From the NCBI GenBank assembly GCA_046563655.1, contig CM102286.1, positions 10,540,001-10,604,000 of the forward strand: 64,000 nucleotides of DNA, given 5' to 3'. A model generated the notes under the pieces. It saw only the letters and a list, made by a program, of their open reading frames with translations. It made no database searches and had not been told where the DNA came from. Below, one piece after another: positions 41,009 to 53,591 of the stretch; positions within the stretch are counted from its first letter, which is position 1, and every line of letters starts with the position of its first letter. The position numbers and the translations under genes were made by a program. The DNA comes from Yuukianura sp. NJ FZ-2021. Lineage: Eukaryota.

Positions 41009-41722
41009 GTCAACTGACGGTTGAAGTAAACTTGGGCCGCGCGCATGTCTCCACCCGTTCAAATTTTCGCGCTGCTTCAATTGTCCCCACTTGGTGGGGA
41101 CAAATGTGTCCCCACCAGCCTTAAACAACGACTCCACCTAGCGGTTGGGGTCGCACTAACGAATTCGAGCTGGCAACGTCGTAGTGTTGCTGCAATGTAA
41201 AAAACCCGCTGTAGAAAAGGCCACTAGAGACTAGGGAACATGTAATCACCATTGCGTGCTTTACCAAACCTAACGCCGCGCCTTCGGCGCGGAAACTGCA
41301 AAGAAACTTCTTCGTGTAGTTTCAGCCCGAAACTTCTTGGTACAATGCAGTTTCCGCGCCGAAGGCGCGGCGTTAGGTTTGGTTAAGCATGCAATAGTGA
41401 CTATGTCTGTAGGTTTCGCTGATTGTCCTACAATAGTGATTTTGTCTGTAGGTTTTTCTGACTTAGTCTCACTATATTTATTACTTGTGCCCTGGGTGGG
41501 GGCAATGGAGCAACGGTACGACGTTGCCAGCTCGAATTCTCTAGTTGCACTTCAGCAGCTAGCGGTAGTCGGTGTAAGGCTGGTGGGTACACTTTTGTCC
41601 CCACAAAGTCAGGATAAATGTACCCACCCGGTGGGGACGCTGGGTGGGTACAATGGGGCAGCGCGAAAATTTGAACGGGTGGGGTCAGCCGCGCGGCCCA
41701 AGTTTACTTCAACCCAATTGAC
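41009..41722. mobile_element. Long-inverted-repeat (foldback/MITE) element containing a nested palindromic MITE at ~41246-41400
   Basis: GTTGAAGTAAACTTGGGCCGCGC..CCACCCGTTCAAATTTTCGCGCTGC and GAATTCGAGCTGGCAACGTCGTA recur in inverted form. The inner ~55-bp inverted arms read ACCAAACCTAACGCCGCGCCTTCGGCGCGGAAACTGCA. Confidence 0.8.
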
Positions 41723-41846
41723 CATTCGTGAGTCAGAGGTCACAGTATTTTTCCTATTGATTAGGTCCCTTAGCAACTGGCCAAGGGATGATAGCTTAAG
41801 TTCAACTTATCTTTCAGTTCAATTTCTACTTTTAGTTAGTTATTGT

Positions 41847-42255
41847 CAGTGTTGCTGGATATCCACTTTTTTGACATTTCATCCACGGCTGGATATCCAG
41901 TGGAAGAAATGGACGAAATGGATGAATCCAAAAGGGTGGAGCTAGACCCAAAAGGGTGGAGTTACACCAGCGGTTTTTGAATTGTTTGAAACTTAACAAA
42001 TAGAATAAATTCAAACAAGCGCCGAAAAAAACGGGAAATTGCGTTAAAACATATTTAACTTAATGTAATTAAATAATTAATACTTAATTACATTATTTTA
42101 TAATTTATAATGTAAATTTATTTGAAATTTGCGCTTATTTTCTGAGTGCAGCTGATTTCTTCCATCCACCGTCCAGTAGGACCTCATTTCATCCACTGGA
42201 TATCCAGTGGAAGTGGCAATTAAGCCACTGGACGTTTAAGCATCCAGCAACACTG
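41847..42255. mobile_element. hAT-type MITE
   Basis: TIR CAGTGTTGCTGGAT and a perfect 8-bp TSD GTTATTGT (41839-41846, 42256-42263). Subterminal TGGA/TCCA repeats. Confidence 0.92.
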
Positions 42256-43408
42256 GTTATTGTTAGTTAGGAAGGTTACCTCTGGAGGAGGCGGCACTGA
42301 TGGAGCCCTTTGCGACATGCCATCCTCACATTATTGCCCGATCATCGGTCAAACGGAAATCGCAAGGTACATTTCTTCGGTTAGAGGATTTGTCGTCGAC
42401 TATCTAACAGTCATCTACTCTACATTCCCCACATCTCCGCGAGTCAACTACACCGCCGTAACTATGCCTCAGGATGAAAGCACACAGACTCCCTCCGCGC
42501 CAAGAAAAAATGACGTATACTCGGATGACGGTGACACATTCAAGAATGACTTCATCTCATCAAACGCCGCAAGGATCTTTATGGTCGCCGACTTGAAGTT
42601 TTGCAAGCCAATGCCACATTCTTGCAACTAATTTTAAACAGTTTTGCAAACCAATACAATCTTAACTACTTGGCTTAAACCAACTTTAAGGAATTCCAGA
42701 ACGAGTATAGCCATCGGGTATATTTTAGATCAGATATACGAAGATTATTATTTCCAAGCCATTTCGTTAGTGTTGTCCCCGGATACACAATGTATAGTTC
42801 ATGCGGACACGCCTATTGACATTACAACCTCTTGTTTCTTTGGTGATTTTCAATGTAAAACTGCTTTTAACTTTCTTACATTAGACGAACTAATCTCCTT
42901 ATGGAACAGATTATAATACGAAACCAATCACCTAGTTGGACACGGCATGTACGCTTACATCCAGATTCATTTATTGTCCAGCAAGTCGCCATTATATCTC
43001 TCCGTAACATGCCAACACAATCCCAATTCGATTTTTGGTTAAAATGGCGGTACTTTCACAAAAATTTGAAAAATTTCAATCTCGAACTTACGACGTTGTA
43101 TCTCATTTTGATACTTTAAAACGTCAATTTACGACTTCCACCGACCGTGCACTATACGTTGTCCAACTAGAAATCTGAACTTACAAACACAAGTAAATTC
43201 ACTACCATTTGTCATTACTCTACAGATATGACGCTGGCCCACATTCTGAGAATTGCAATTATTATTTCCATTCTACTACCACATACCAGTCGTGGAGACA
43301 AAAACGATGAACATCCGATTTGATTCCAACCAATGGACTCAAATATTCGAAGAGGATGCGGAGATTATTCCCATGAATGTAACAAAAAAATGGACTATAG
43401 GACTCTTA

Positions 43409-46400
43409 TGCCAAGTTCGTCCATTTCAGGTTAAAATTGCACTAAGCTGAGCTTAGTTAAATTCAGTTTAGTTTTTTAACCGATGGTTAACTTTTGTTGG
43501 TTCAACGAACCAACTTTTCGAAAAACAAAAGTCTGGTTAATTTGAGAATAGCTGCTAGATTGGCTAGAAAACAAGCACCGCGAAAATTGAACAGCTTGTT
43601 TACAAATTTCAAAATCAATTTGGAACTTCCAAATTGAACAGATTGAGTTTATTTGTTTGTGGTCTCCGCTGAATTTACACTATTGGTAGTTATATTCTTG
43701 TTTCGATTAGTTTCTAGTTTTGATTAATTATCAAAGGTAATCCCCTTCAACAATTCTTCCGACTCGGACGCTGTTTACAAAGGTGAAGCCCTTGATACAT
43801 GTAAACTAGTGAATTTCTAACGTTGTAAGGTTAAATTATATCACTTTTCAAATGTGTTTGAAAAATGTAGCTCTAAACATTATTTTTGTCTTTGAATTTG
43901 CAGATACTCCGGTATTTGATACCGTCGAAACTGAGGAGATATTGGGACAAGACTCTCAAGCAGACAGCGTCGCTCAGACATCGATTACTGCAGTGGCTGA
44001 GGATAAGACGAACGTCACATCAACTTGTACTTTGCCGTACTGATGCTCGTCCTCCTACATCTAGTTCAGTGGTCCAAAACAACACGCCAAACCTAAAATC
44101 AACTACAAAGTTTGTCGCTCTCAGTCAAAAACACCCTTGAGGTTACTTATGCTTCCTGCTTTGCCAGCACGTCCTTTCCGGTTGCTCGTCAAACTACAAA
44201 TGAGTATGGTTTGGTAAAGCAGTGAAGATTAAATGTTTTCCAAACTGGCCAGTTTGTAATGTTCTGGCGCACACAGCATGCTGTATATACGCCAGGGTTC
44301 AGCAACAAATGATGTCTCGAGACCACTTTTTATGATTCCACGAGTTTATTTTATTGCACTTTCTAGAAAAAATTGGCAGAGGATTTTAAAACATTTTGCG
44401 ACCAGCCACTCCCATTGGTTGGGCTGGGCCATTTTTGAACGACATGTCGACCAATCAGAAGCGAGCTGCACGCCCATTGGCTGAAAATTGGTAAAAGGTT
44501 TGGGACTTTGACCAATCAAATTGCAGCAATGTACTGGCCACGCCCACTGATGCAACGACTCGTCGACCAATCAGAAGCGAGATGGACGCCAAATGGCTGA
44601 AATTGGTTTACAGGTTGGGATTTTTATCAAGCAAATTTCAGTATTTTACTGGCAAAGCCCTCTGGGGCAACAACAAGTCGATCAATCAAAAGCGAGCTGG
44701 ACGCCAATTGGCTGAAATTAATACACGGGCTGGGATTTTGACCAATCAAATTTCAGTATTGTACTAGCCACGCCCTCTGTGAACGACACGTCGACCAATA
44801 AGAAGCCAGGTTGACGCGCTTTGTCGTCAAACTCGACCTCGAGGGATTTGAACGTCCTTGGGCAGTTGACTTGCGATAAAGCTATTTCCCTGCCCATTCA
44901 AAACGACTAGTATGTGTAGTTTTGAAGGACTAGCGGACCAATAGTAAACGAGGTTGACGTCTAGCGGCAGAAATTAGTTGGTGTGATTTGTGATTTTGAA
45001 AAAACCAATACCAAAATGAGCACTGGGTGTCGTATAAACTTGCGTACCAACACTCCATGGATCATAAGCAATTAGATGGAAACGCTGACTAGTCAAATTG
45101 CGGCATTGAAATGGTTACGCAATGCTTTTGCGGTGAGTGAAACGTTATTCACTCGGCGAAAAGCTAGACGCCAGGCCTCCCACCAATGCTCTTGTGCTTG
45201 CAAATTAGGTTTGTATTGCAAAGAAGTTTGTATTTTGTACACGAGCCAATCAACTCACAAGGTCAAAAGTTTTCATTGCTTGAACTTGTCGTAAGTTTTT
45301 TTTTGTGCATTCTAATTAGCGATCGCGACACGGAAGTAATTGGCAATTAAAAAACCGCAAACGTGCAAGACGAACCGTAGGTTAGGTCTTGTGTCATCTC
45401 AAAATATTTTCGAAAGATATTTAGAAAGGAACCTATGTTTCCAAAGAAACATTTTTGAGAATTTACTATTTAAAAAGGTTTCCGAGAAAAATAGCTTCCG
45501 GGAAAGTAGTATTTTCAAACACAAAAAAAAATTAAAAGCCAAATTAAATGCCAAGTTTAAAATGAGCCCAAGCTATTAAAAAAAAAACTAAAAAGTTGCA
45601 TAAAAGTGCAAAGAAGAGAGGATTTTTCGGGTAGGTGCTTGGACTCAAACCACAAAACCGCAAAATATTTTTTTAAATTATTTTTAAAAACTAATTAAAC
45701 TCTTAAAACTACAGTTAGCATGGGCCAAAACCCAAATATAAAAAGTTGCACAAAGGTGCAAAAAGAAAAACGTTTTGTGCAAAAGAGAAGGGGGTAGGGG
45801 GGGGGGGTACGTTGGCCTCCCAAACCATTGACTCATCCCTTACTTTTTCATTGGTCCAGAAAATCAGAAAGTTCACGATCTACTGTACGCTCATGTTCAC
45901 CGACCATTGTAGCAATGTTGTGTAGAACAACTGTATCTACGACAATGCTAGGAATGCTATTCGCGTTCACTCCTAAGCCATATTTTAGTATCGCAAAATC
46001 TTCTTTTCAGTACTCCGTTAACGCTTTCAATGCAGTTTCGTGCTTGGACATGACTTTTGCTGCAGTTATCTTCTGCCTGGGTTTTTGGTGCTAGGAGGGG
46101 TCAGTAGGTAATCGCGACAAGCATATCCACTATCTCCTATCAATGATCCTTCAACTACTTCTCCATTTTCAAAAATCGCAAACTTATGAGAAAAATCGAA
46201 GATGGTACTATCGTGAGTAGATCGAGGCCATCGAGCTACGACATCGGTAATTTTCTTTTGCCAGAACGAAGGTCAGGGAGCGGTATGTTGTCCAGTAATT
46301 CCAGCTCATCATCCGAACTGTCATACCCGGTTAACATGATGCTAGAGTAATTGTGGTGCGGAACGTTAACTATAACTTCTATTGAAGTTAGTATTTACAA

Positions 46401-46679
46401 ATTAATAAATTATTAAGTTCTCAGCTTACGTGTTTTGTGTATTGTAAAATTAAAGATATTGAAGATAAGATACTGAAGTTGTTTTCAGTTTCACTCTTTT
46501 TTCAACTCTGGTTAACTCACTAACCGAGGAAATTCGGCTGGTTAAATTTAAACGCAGTTTAAGGAAGTTACACGGAGTTAACTTTTAACCGGCGTTGACT
46601 GAACCCAAAAAACTTAACTGGAGTTTAAATTCCAGTTTAAATACAGTTTATATTTAACCTGCAATAGACGAACCGGGCA
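43409..46679 (-). mobile_element. PIF/Harbinger transposon, degenerate, with transposase remnant at ~45850-46260 (-)
   Basis: Imperfect TIRs TGCC..GTTCGTC.ATT.CAGGTTAAA with TTA TSD. Minus-strand peptides ITDVVARWPRSTHDSTIF, LIGDSGYACRDYLLTP, RNCIESVNGVLKRR and VLHNI match the HARBI1-type DDE transposase motifs. Confidence 0.88.
44400..44820. repeat. ~115-bp degenerate tandem repeat (about 4 units) rich in CCAAT/ATTGG
   Basis: GTCGACCAATCAGAAGCGAG-like motif at ~44447, 44562, 44677 and 44790. Confidence 0.75.
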
Positions 46680-47389
46680 TTAAACACCACACCAGATGCG
46701 TGTCCCAACAGCATCAAAGACTGAATAATGATTTCTTTAACTCTATGGAGCGGTATTTCACCAGCAGAATCCATATCGAGGTGTCATTGCGTTAAGATCA
46801 CAACTTTAGCATACAATCAACCGGACCACAAGTGCGAACCTGCCGATTGCGCAATATTTATTCCGATCCAGTGAATACGTCCAGCTCTATGCCCATGTAT
46901 ACTGACCACAAGGATCCCGAATGGTATCCAATGTTCAAACCTAATGATATTACGTTTGGAACTAGGAATCACCTAGTCATTAACTCATCCATCCCCATCT
47001 TACCACCCGTGAATATTTTGAGAATACCTCAAATATTTCGTAAATATACTGTATGGAATATACGGTGATTCTTTTTTGTATTGCCATTTTTGCATGTAAA
47101 TGGTTCTAATTTTTTGTATACTGATAACTAAGATATTTAAACATTGAGGAACATACGCTTGAATTGTCTTAACTAAAACCATCGAAAATAATGCGTACAT
47201 GTTTAATGCTTCTTCTGCACTCACGCATATAGGTGTAAGTTTTATGAGCGGTTTACATGAGTGATTCTCATTTTTCTTTCTGACAGTATTTAGTGGTGAA
47301 TTATAGGTGCTGAGAATATATATAACAGAAGTTCGTTGTCAGTTAAGTTTTAAACAGAAGTGGTTTAGTTTTGTCTTTAACTTGTCCGT

Positions 47390-48950
47390 AATGGAGACGG
47401 AAGACTACAAAAACTTTTCAGTTGTGCTTTTCAAAGCCGCAAATAGGCTTTCAGTTGTTCCTTCATCATGGCTGGCGTTTGATGACGACAAACTACGGTG
47501 TCACTCGCCAATAAAACTAACCAAAAACGTAAGCAAACTGGCCGCATCGGCTGAGTCAAAGCCAGAGAAGGACTGGAAGACGTACGACATTGAAATCATT
47601 CGGTAAGGGAATTAGTATTTTAGTGCGTATTAAACTACTAATTCTGCTAGTAATCAACCTTCCTAGGATATTCATTTAATCAACGATTGTTCATTTTTTT
47701 TTCAGTTTCACTTGAAAAAGCCTTAAGAAAATCTAACTCTCTGCGAACTTCCAAAGTACTTGAGATTCAATATACTTCAGAAAGCGAGGGACAATCCCAA
47801 GTCCGATTACCAGCACCGACAGTACCACTGCATCACAATTTTCTTGAACAACCGCCGAACAACTGGCCTTCATACCTGTTCGGGAATTTGGTTCCTGTTT
47901 GGCAGATAGAGGAATTAGGTTACTAACTTTAACTTTAACTTTAGAATTACTCTGGAAGTGATGAGACTGAAAGGGGTTAGGAAGTACTTTTAATGCACTT
48001 TACATTACTTTTATCCACTTGAGTGGAGAGAAAAAGGGTTAAGCGTTAATTCTGATGCTGCATGCAATTTACTACTACTGTACGACTTGCGCACTAGAGT
48101 AGGTACAGTAAGTGTATGTACAAGTATGTACATCGCCGCCTTCTCAATCTTTTTATAGTGTAAGTCAACGCTCTTTGTATTATTTACTAATAGCATAAGC
48201 AAGGAGGAGTGTTCCTCCAATATACATATTCGAACAACAGTCTTCTTTTCATCTTCCTTCTGTAAGGTCTTCTCTTCTGATGAGTCATCGAGTAGCCCTT
48301 TTAAGTTGCCTTACCTTTCACCAATTACCATTTAGTAATTAACGTAAATAAACATGTACTACTCAATTGACGTTGGAGCGATCGTCGATTATTGAACCAC
48401 TACGAGCATCAACTAAACATCAATAATTCTACATTTCAACACCTTTAACCATAACTTGACGGAGTCAGAAGGTCATTGTCATACAGCTGTTTTGCCTTAT
48501 GAAAGGTACAAAATTGTAGTTGTGTTGTTGTTTATTTTAGAAACAGCTCCACCAGCAGTCAATGAAGCAGTTCCACTGAATCTTACATTGGTCAAGCGAT
48601 TGCTGAACTGCAGCACACGGTTCAACAACTGCAATACAGCATCGAGCAACAGCGATACGAGTTTCGAGGTGAATATTTATGTTAGCTTATCATATTACTG
48701 AATTTGGTATTCTTAATTATGACAGTTCTTATTTATTTTTAGAATTCCAATAAAGTTATCCTTGAGAATCAGACTACTTTGAAGAAGGAGTTTGCCTACT
48801 TACTCAAACTGGTTAGACAATCACTGTCTAGATTGCAAGAAACGCAGCAGCAAAACAGACACGATTACCCGTAATTGCTATTAACATCATTGGATGAGCT
48901 CTGCAGTACTGAGTCCGCAATTCATCATCAACTTCAGTACAATTTCTTAG
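47390..48950 (+). pseudogene. Degenerate spliced ORF resembling DNA-transposon accessory proteins (DUF4806-associated type)
   Basis: N-terminal pattern FSVVLF..VVPSSWL..C.SP..W..Y.I followed by a GTAAG donor and several short exon-like pieces. Identification is from recalled pattern only. Confidence 0.4.
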
Positions 48951-49109
48951 TAGGAAAATCAAATTCTAAAACCTCCGTTTGTCATAACTTAAGTTGTAAA
49001 GTTTGCATGATTGGTTTCATATGCATGAGCAGGCGGGCCTACGGTACCCAAGACAGCGTACTATATACTGCGACTTCTTCTGTCGTAAGATTTCAGAAAA
49101 GAAGTTCGA

Positions 49110-49638
49110 ATGACTGAAAACTCCTCTACCTCTTTATGGGCAGTTTACGTTGTAAACTACTACCTCACAGTAGTTACTGTAAAATACGCCTACACTGGAT
49201 ATGTAAGATCACCGGAAGCACTCAGCATGCAGGAGAACTGTGAGTTTGAGCATGAATATCCATCATCGGTGTGGTATAGTCGTATGGCAGTTACAAGGGG
49301 ACAGGAACGTATTTTCACCGTAAAAGCAAACTGGCATTTAGGTCACACACTAAACATGACTAACCTGCTGGAACTTCATGGACTGCTGGAAGAGGACAAG
49401 AAGCTGGAAGAAAAAATGGAACAGACGCCCATCAGTCATGAAGCCTACTGGAAGGACAATCCATGGACCGGAATTAACATCGGATTCCTGATGACCTCAA
49501 TAATAGCCATTTGCATTACTATGTGAATCTGCTACTGGAGAGCCAGAAAGGAAAGAATTCCAATCATCAAGATCTCTGCGACCAAACTTGAAGATTTGGC
49601 CAGTGAAAACGAGAAGAAAGAAAAAGATGAAGACTGAG
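49110..49638 (+). pseudogene. C-terminal fragment of an envelope/glycoprotein-like membrane protein
   Basis: Intronless. A charged helical segment is followed by hydrophobic WTGINIGFLMTSIIAICITM, one stop, then ICYWRARKER and a charged tail. Confidence 0.35.
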
Positions 49639-49819
49639 GAACAAGATTCAATTAGAAAAATATAGAAAATAGATTAATTCTATTTTTTGGGTGTAAAAAG
49701 GTTACTCTCCTTCTGTAAGATATGGATTCGGGAGAGCTTAACCCAAATTAATTAGAATTAAGAAATTTTTTTCAGCTATATGTTCTATATTTCTTTTCAT
49801 AAATATCTCAAGAAATCTA

Positions 49820-50226
49820 CAGAGGCTTTTTTAAGTACTGTCCCAAGGTCATGCCTATAGCGCTAAGTTAAGGTAGCCACCTTTTGGGAGAAAACTCAAC
49901 TTCTCTTTTCCCTCCACGAATTGCGCCGTTCTTTGCTAACCGACTATAACAGATCCCAAATTACCTAGAAAAACAAAGTTTAAAACTATCAGTTGAAAGT
50001 TGAAACTAACTTGTGATTGTTTAAATCTTAATTACTATTAATTACATCTGAGTTGTCAACCGAGTCCTGTTAAATTTTAATGCTTTATTTCAATTCTTTG
50101 AATTTAAATCCTTTCTACGTGTTGTTTTTGCGCAAAACTCGCGGGGGAGGAGTAGAGTTTGATAAAACTCAGAAGCGTCACGCTCAACATTCTTGAGACA
50201 ATAGGCAGTACTTAAAAAAGCCTCTG
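49820..50226. mobile_element. Tc1/mariner-type MITE
   Basis: Perfect 21-bp TIR CAGAGGCTTTTTTAAGTACTG flanked by TA on both sides. Confidence 0.88.
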
Positions 50227-51339
50227 TACTTAGGTGATCTAGGATGTGTTTCAGAAAATGTCGATTTTGAGGGAGAGTGTTGATTTTAGAGGTCAAAATT
50301 CGATCTTTTTTCACATAAAGTGAGTTGACATGTTAACCTAACCATAGGCGTTCTCACATGAAGTTTATGTGACAAATTAAGATTAGAAAGAACAAATTCT
50401 GACATCTCTGATTTCAAATTTATTGTTAAGGAGACCCTTAAGTCCTCAAGTTTCTTTTTAGTCTTGAAGCTTCCGGATTGTTCTGGAAGCTTCGGTCAAG
50501 TTCTATCGAAGTTAACAAAAGAAGGATTGCGAGTCCTGGACAGTCGACAGTCTTTTCTGACAGTCTTCCTAACATCAACCTAAAAGAACGCATTCTCAAA
50601 GTCTCTTTCTAAAATCTAAGATTTAACTTTTCCCTTTTGAAATATTAAATCAGCAACTAAAACAAAAACAAAAAGATAAAAGATCCATCAGTGAAATATC
50701 ATTTATTTGAATTCCACCACAACAGTACTAACGCATACTATACCTGGACAGGCACTTCCTACAGCTCAGTTACAAGTTACTATATTACAATTCACAATGT
50801 CTACTACAATAACAATCGGCTAATGCAACAACATAAAAGTTGTCGTAGCGCTCGCTGTAGATGCGACACAGTGCGAATTCTTGACTTCGTATTTAGTATG
50901 GGGGGATAGGTACAAGCTTTACGTCCCTGCTTACACTTGTAAAATATTTATCTTTCAAACTCAAACGTGTGCCTTCTCTCATCAGGCAATCAAATGCCCT
51001 CATCTCGGGATTGCCAACCTAATTTCGACCTACCAAATTACAACCTAATTTCGACCCTACCGATGTGGAAAACGAACTCCTCCAAAGCAGCACCTCCTGT
51101 CTCCTAGTTCAAATATAGCTCATACAATTCGACTCGGTTGTTTTGTGATTGACCTCACTTGACCTTCCACGTCTTCCGCCTATATCGGTAGTGCGGCGTA
51201 ACCATTTAGCCGCAAACCGAACATTCTTCGCATTTAGATTTCCTCTCAGTGATCCAGTGACTGTCACCCAGTGACCCAGTTCAGTTCAAGGTCAACCTAG
51301 TAACCTCTGACCTGTCCATTAACCGTGCCACTCTTCCCC

Positions 51340-51990
51340 ACTTTGTGGGAGCAAGTTACAAGTTACGCCGCAGCTCCGGCTCCTCCATTTTCTACGCCTT
51401 GTCGACGACGCCCGCTTCGGCTCATAAACGTTCAACGTCCTGGCTACGCCGCCCCACTGGCTCGACCATGGGTTCTTCCGCAACTGCTATGCTGCAACAA
51501 GCGGAGGCCTCCTCAATTATCTGGATCGTGTCGCCTGAGGTTAACGCACCTCATCCGAAATTTACGCCCTACGTCCCGACTAAACCAGCCTCAGCCTGCG
51601 CTATTCTCTACGCCGTGTGCCACTACGCAACGTCGGAACTCCGTCCGCAAGGACATACATGGCCTGGATCTTCGGGTTAGGTCACCCCCTCCGCCGCCGT
51701 ATGCATCCTCTCCGTTTCTGCGCCCTGACGACGACGCCCACTCAGGCTCAATGAACTTCTACGCCCTGGGAGCTCTGTCCGCAAGGACACACATACGCCT
51801 GCATCGTTTGGTGAGGTCACCGCTACGCCGAAGCATCCATGCTCGTCAGAGTCTGCGCCCTGCGTCGCGGGACGCCGGACGTAGATCGTCCGGTGAGGTC
51901 ACCCCTTCTCCGCCGTACCCAACCTCTCCGGTTTTGGGCCCTCTGCGCTCTGGACACTACATCCCCGCTAGTCTCTGCGCCCGCTCGTGA
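51340..51990. repeat. GC-rich degenerate tandem repeat
   Basis: Recurring GTCCGCAAGGACA(T/C)ACAT, AGGTCACC and TCTACGCC motifs. GC content is markedly above the flanks. Confidence 0.55.
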
Positions 51991-52249
51991 ATATGTTAAC
52001 CTAACCTAAGGAAAACCTTGCTTTAACCTTCATATTCTGTCTTACTCTTTCACCTCATGTCAATTTCCACATTCCCAATTTTAGACCTAAGACATACATT
52101 TAGAGGGAGCTAATGATCGTTTACACCTTTGGAAGGCTTTCCTCAGTGTACACGAGATGGCGGAAAGAGGTGACACAGCCGCGGTTTGTTTCAACTACAC
52201 CGTTCACCGTGTGCTTTGGTAGAGTTGCAAACCATTGAGAAAAAACTTC

Positions 52250-53295
52250 CAAATTTTTTCACGTTTTCCAGTCTTCTTTGATACATTTGGCGGATGAATC
52301 ATGCACACACTTTAAAAGTGTGACTACAAGTCTCTTAATTAAAACCTTTTTTTGTCGGTTGTTCATTTAACATATCGACTAAACGGTGACACCACTTGAA
52401 GAACAATTCAACCGTCTTCGTGTTAACCATATCTTATGGTCAGGAGTGGATGTTCAGTGATATAACCAGTGATTGATTAATTCCTGTGGCACAGGTTATG
52501 ACCTAGTTGGGACTTTATAGCTCTCACCCTATATCAGGATGGAGCTCAAATTTCGAAATTTGGAAAAGTTTTTACACTCGCCAAAGTAAAGTTTCGTTTT
52601 CTCCCTGAAAACCTCCAACATGTCAATACGTTTATGTGTGAGGCATCGATACAATTGTCAATTGAGAAAGCTGCAATCCCTAAGAATATTGAAGTTAATC
52701 ATGAAGGACGAAACTATGTACTCCAAATGGATACTGAAGCACAAAAAAAAGTTTGATGATATTCAAGCATCTCTCGAATCGAGCGAACAATATCTTTCTT
52801 GTTTACCCAAATTAAGTGAAAAAAACATTAAAGAACTTTCTAATGATGTGAGTAATTATAACATTAAAAAGCAATTAACCAATTAAAAAATGACACTTGT
52901 CCAGGTCTTGATGGCCTCACAAGCGAATTTATTTTAAAATTTTGTGACGAATTCTCGGAAATCTATTTTTGGTTATGGAAACAATCTATATGTCAAAACG
53001 TAATGCCTAAGAGCATGCGTGCTGGCGTACTCAATTTAATTTATAAAAAAGGAAATCCTAACGAACTTTCTAATTGGCGTCCAATAATTTTGTCAAGTTG
53101 TGACTACAAAGTTTGCTCTACCATATTTAAAAGTCGCATTTAAAATGTTATAGCTAGTCTAATTTCTCCAGCACAAACTTGCAGTATCCATGAAAGAAGT
53201 AATTTTGATAATCTTCATTTTGTACATGAAAACGTAAATAACGCCACCACAGGCGCGTTTCTTTCAATCGATCAAGAATCTGGTTTTGATAATAT
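52250..53295 (+). mobile_element. L1/Tx1-like non-LTR retrotransposon ORF2 remnant, cut by the Gypsy LTR
   Basis: Frameshifted peptides GDHH (endonuclease end), CPGLDGLTSEF, LIYKKG..NWRPIILSSCDYK, LISPAQT and LSIDQESGFDNI (RT domains 0-3), ending exactly at the LTR. Confidence 0.85.
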
Positions 53296-53520
53296 TGTAA
53301 CGAAGTCGTTGACCTTTCGGTTACTCATCTTATGGTAAACTCATTTTCATAACTTTTGCGAATTGTAAAGTTAGCATGCAAAAACATATTGATTGTTATT
53401 TTACATTGTGTAAACTTTGGGCCCATAATGTAGCCAGTCCTAGTCTTTTGAGAGAGTTTAGAGGTCGTGAGAGGTCAAGTTCAGCCCCAGTATCCGGTTA
53501 GCGTAAGGCTAACCGTGACA
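53296..53520 (+). repeat. 5' LTR (225 bp) of the Gypsy element, followed by a primer-binding site
   Basis: TGTAAC...GTGACA termini. Perfect stem CGGTTAGC/GCTAACCG at 53495-53515. TGGTGGACGAGCC starts 2 nt downstream (53523). No second copy was found in the window. Confidence 0.75.
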
Positions 53521-53591
53521 AGTGGTGGACGAGCCAAGTTGTGTTTTGTCTAAAAAGTTAGATTAAAACTGTACAGTACTCAGCCTTTTGC

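Noticed and set aside
41337..41945. 202-aa ORF
   Set aside because: Runs across MITE inverted repeats and has no protein features.
44400..44820. Regularly spaced motif that might suggest a CRISPR-like array
   Set aside because: The intervening sequences are themselves homologous, there are no cas genes and the context is eukaryotic. It is an ordinary tandem repeat.
50691..50909. 72-aa Tyr/Cys-rich ORF
   Set aside because: GTG start, short, and no recognisable family.
51325..51990. 221-aa Pro/Arg-rich ORF
   Set aside because: Open frame explained by GC-rich repeats. No ATG start and no domain.
53523..53540. Assigning the PBS to a specific tRNA (Ala-like TGGTGGA)
   Set aside because: The match beyond 7 nt cannot be verified without the host tRNA set.
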